Of a stretch of 64,000 bases of DNA, positions 61,101-64,000 are shown in pieces. Origin of the DNA: Heptranchias perlo (taxonomy: Eukaryota). Where the stretch lies: NCBI RefSeq assembly GCF_035084215.1, contig NW_027139217.1:62001-126000 (forward strand), read 5' to 3'. Each line of letters starts with the position of its first letter. Position 1 is the stretch's first letter. The notes beneath the pieces were generated by a model that did not search any database, was not told where the DNA came from, and saw nothing but the letters and a program-made list of their open reading frames with translations. A program made the translations under genes and the position numbers.

Positions 61101-62160
61101 TAAACCCTGGAGTCATGAGCCCTGTCACTCTGAGAGTACTGATCGAGTTAAACCCTGGAGACATGAGCCCTGTCACTCTGAGAGTACTGATCGAGTTAAA
61201 CCCTGGAGACATGAGCCCTGTCACTCTGATTACTGATCGAGTTAAACCCGAGAGACATGAGCCCTGTCACTCTGAGAGTACTGATCGAGTTACACCCTGG
61301 AGACATGAGCCCTGTCACTCTGAGAGTACTGATCGAGTTAAACCCTGGAGACATGAGCCCTGTCACTCTGAGAGTACTGATCGAGTTAAACCCTGGAGAC
61401 ATGAGCCCTGTCACTCTGAGAGTACTGATCGAGTTAAACCCTGGAGACATGAGCCCTGTCACTCTGAGTACTGATCGAGTTAAACCCTGGAGACATGAGC
61501 CCTGTCACTCTGAGAGTACTGATCGAGTTAAACCCTGGAGACATGAGCCCTGTCACTCTGAGAGGACTGATCGAGTTAAACCGTGGAGACATGAGCCCTG
61601 TCACTCTGAGTACTGATCGAGTTAAACCGTGGAGACATGAGCCCTGTCACTCTGAGAGTACTGATCGAGTTAAACCCTGGAGACATGAGCCCTGTCACTC
61701 TGAGAGTACTGATCGAGTTAAACCCTGGAGACATGAGCCCTGTCACTCTGAGAGTACTGATCGAGTTAAACCCTGGAGACATGAGCCCTGTCACTCTGAG
61801 AGTACTGATCGAGTTAAACCCTGGAGACATGAGCCCTGTCACTCTGAGAGTACTGATAGAGTTAAACCCTGGAGACATGAGCCCTGTCACTCTGAGAGTA
61901 CTGATCGAGTTAAACCCTGGAGACATGAGCCCTGTCACTCTGAGAGTACTGATCGAGTTAAACCCTGGAGACATGAGCCCTGTCACTCTGAGAGTACTGA
62001 TCGAGTTAAACCCTGGAGACATGAGCCCTGTCACTCTGAGTACTGATCGAGTTAAACCCTGGAGACATGAGCCCTGTCACTCTGAGAGTACTGATCGAGT
62101 TACACCCTGGAGACATGAGCCCTGTCACTCTGAGTACTGATTGAGTTAAACCCTGGAGAC
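55185..62160. repeat. 48-bp (46-bp variant) satellite, ~7 kb, with a 1378-bp higher-order duplication
   Basis: Unit CTGATCGAGTTAAACCCTGGAGACATGAGCCCTGTCACTCTGAGAGTA; identical ORFs recur at +1378 (56010/57388, 56261/57639, 56783/58161). Confidence 0.97.
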
Positions 62161-62399
62161 CCTGTAAACTGTAATGACCACACTTGGTGCAGCCGAGATC
62201 AGCACAGAGACTGAACTTGGAGTGTTGCTGGTCTGTTGAGCTCAGTCACACGCTGCATTGTGCACTTACCGACTGAAGGACTGTGTGAGCTCGCAGAACA
62301 GGTACCCAGCAGACCTTTGGAGAAATTGCTCAGATGCCCTGTCACTCTGAGTCATTCTGTTTTTTGGTCAGCCGGGTGTCTGACCGAATTTATTTAATG

Positions 62400-64000
62400 A
62401 TGTAGCTTCCACAGCTTCCTGGGGCAGCAAATTCCACAGACCTACTACCCTCTGAGTGAAGAAGTTTCTCCTTATCTCAGTTTTGAAAGAACAACCCCTT
62501 GTTCTAAGATTATGCCCCTAGTTCTAGTTTCACCCATCCTTGGGAACATCCTTACCACATCCACCCGATCAAGCCCCTTCACAATCTTATATGTTTCAAT
62601 AAGATCGCCTCTCAATCTTCTGAACTCCAATAAGTGGAGTCCCAATCTACTCAACCTCTCCTCATATGTCCGCCCCCTCATCCCAGGGATTAACCGAGTG
62701 AACCTTCTTTGTACTGCCTCGAGAGCAAGTATGTCTTTTCTTAAGTATGGAGACCAAAACTGTATGCAGTATTCCAGGTGCGGTCTCACCAATACCTTAT
62801 ATAACTGCAGCAATACCTCCCTGTTTCTTTATTCTATCCCCCAAGCAATAAAAGCCAACATTCCGTTGGCCTTCTTGATCACCTGCTGCACCTGCATACT
62901 AACTTTTTGATTTTCTTGCACTAAGACCCCCAGATCCCTTTGTACTGCAGTACTTTCCAGTTTCTCGCCATTAAGATAATAACTTGCTCTCTGATTTTTC
63001 CTGCCAAAGTGCATAACCTCACATTTTCCAATATTGTATTGCATCTGCCAAATCTCCGCCCACTCACCCAGCCTGTCTATATCCCCCTGTAGGTTTTTTA
63101 TGTCCTCCTCACTCTCCACTTTCCCTCCCATCTTTGTATCATCTGCAAACTTTGATATGTTACACTCGGTCACCTCCTCCAAATCGTTAATATAGATTGT
63201 AAAGAGTTGGGGACCCAGCACCGACCCCTGCGGAACACCACTGGCTACTGGTTACCAGTCCGAGGATGAACCATTTATCCCAACTCTCTGCTTCCTGTTA
63301 GATAACCAATCCTCCACCCATGCCAGAATATTACCCCCAATCCAGTGATTCTTTATCTTGAGCAATAATCTTTTATGTGGCACCTTGTCAAATGCCTTCT
63401 GGAAGTCTAAATGCACTACGTCCACTGGTTCCCCTTTATCCACCCTGTACGTTATGTCCTCAAAGAACTCAAGCAAATTTGTCAGACATGACTTCCCCTT
63501 CGTAAAGCCATGCTGACTTTGTCCTATTAAATTATGTTTATCCAAATGTTCCACTACTGTCTCCTTAATAATAGATTCCAAAATGTTACCCACCACAGAT
63601 GTTCGGCTAACTGGTCTGTAATTTCCAGCCTTCTGCCCACTCCCATTTCAAATAAGGGTGTTACATTGGCAGTTTTCCAATCTGCCGGGACCTTTGCCGA
63701 GTCCAGAGAATTTTGGAAAATTATTACCAAAGCATCCACAATCCCTACTGCCACTTCCCTCAAGACCCTAGGATGTAAGCCATCAGGTCCAGGGGATTTA
63801 TCCGCCTTGAGTCCCATTATTTTACTGAGTACCAATTCCTTAGTGATTTTAATCGTATTTAGCTCCTCCCCCCCTAGTGCCCCCTGTTTGTCCAATGTTG
63901 GGATATTCTTAGTGTCCTCTACCGTAAAGACTGAAACAAAATATTTGTTCAGCATTTTTGCCATCTCCATGTTTCCCACCATTAATTTCCCGGTCTCATC
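62400..64000 (-). mobile_element. CR1 LINE ORF2 RT region, runs off the right edge
   Basis: KSPGPDGLHPRVL, DFQKAFDKVPH, KFADDTK, LVRPHLEYC. Confidence 0.92.

Noticed and set aside
55185-62160. CRISPR-like regular arrays (also 29209-30196, 45215-45930)
   Set aside because: Units are head-to-tail with no unique spacers, there are no cas genes, and the DNA is eukaryotic.
62160-62340. Possible SINE remnant after the 48-bp satellite
   Set aside because: Only a vague resemblance to a reverse-strand tRNA-derived SINE; boxes could not be aligned confidently.

Overview
Eukaryotic, very repeat-rich DNA, most likely from a cartilaginous fish (shark-type MHC class I protein, shark-type CR1/Harbinger/Penelope repeats). 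The one clear host gene is an MHC class I heavy chain on the + strand: leader 30262-30310, alpha1 31640-31900, alpha2 40021-40293, alpha3 41109-41384 and TM 42162-42287, plus a candidate tail exon at 51369-51403. All introns are phase 1 GT-AG and the frame is open. It resembles shark UAA-type proteins but has altered peptide-anchoring residues (N59, K63, R146). An ISRE/X/Y promoter module at 28970-29162 is separated from the ATG by a ~1 kb 43-bp VNTR. Upstream, 1-6203 and ~18306-26253 form a near-identical inverted duplication whose inner ends lie in a quasi-palindromic AT-rich satellite; the arms carry a decayed Gmr1-like (integrase-before-RT) Gypsy element. Intron 2 holds a stranded remnant of a different alpha1 exon end. 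An intron 3 minisatellite is an amplified splice donor. After the TM exon, an 8.8 kb block containing a decayed dual-RNase-H retrovirus-like element is bracketed by a 16-bp direct repeat. The rest is LINE/DNA-transposon debris and about 20 tandem arrays, several with palindromic cores. Almost all long ORFs in the track are tandem-repeat artefacts. All family assignments are by eye; no database searches were run.
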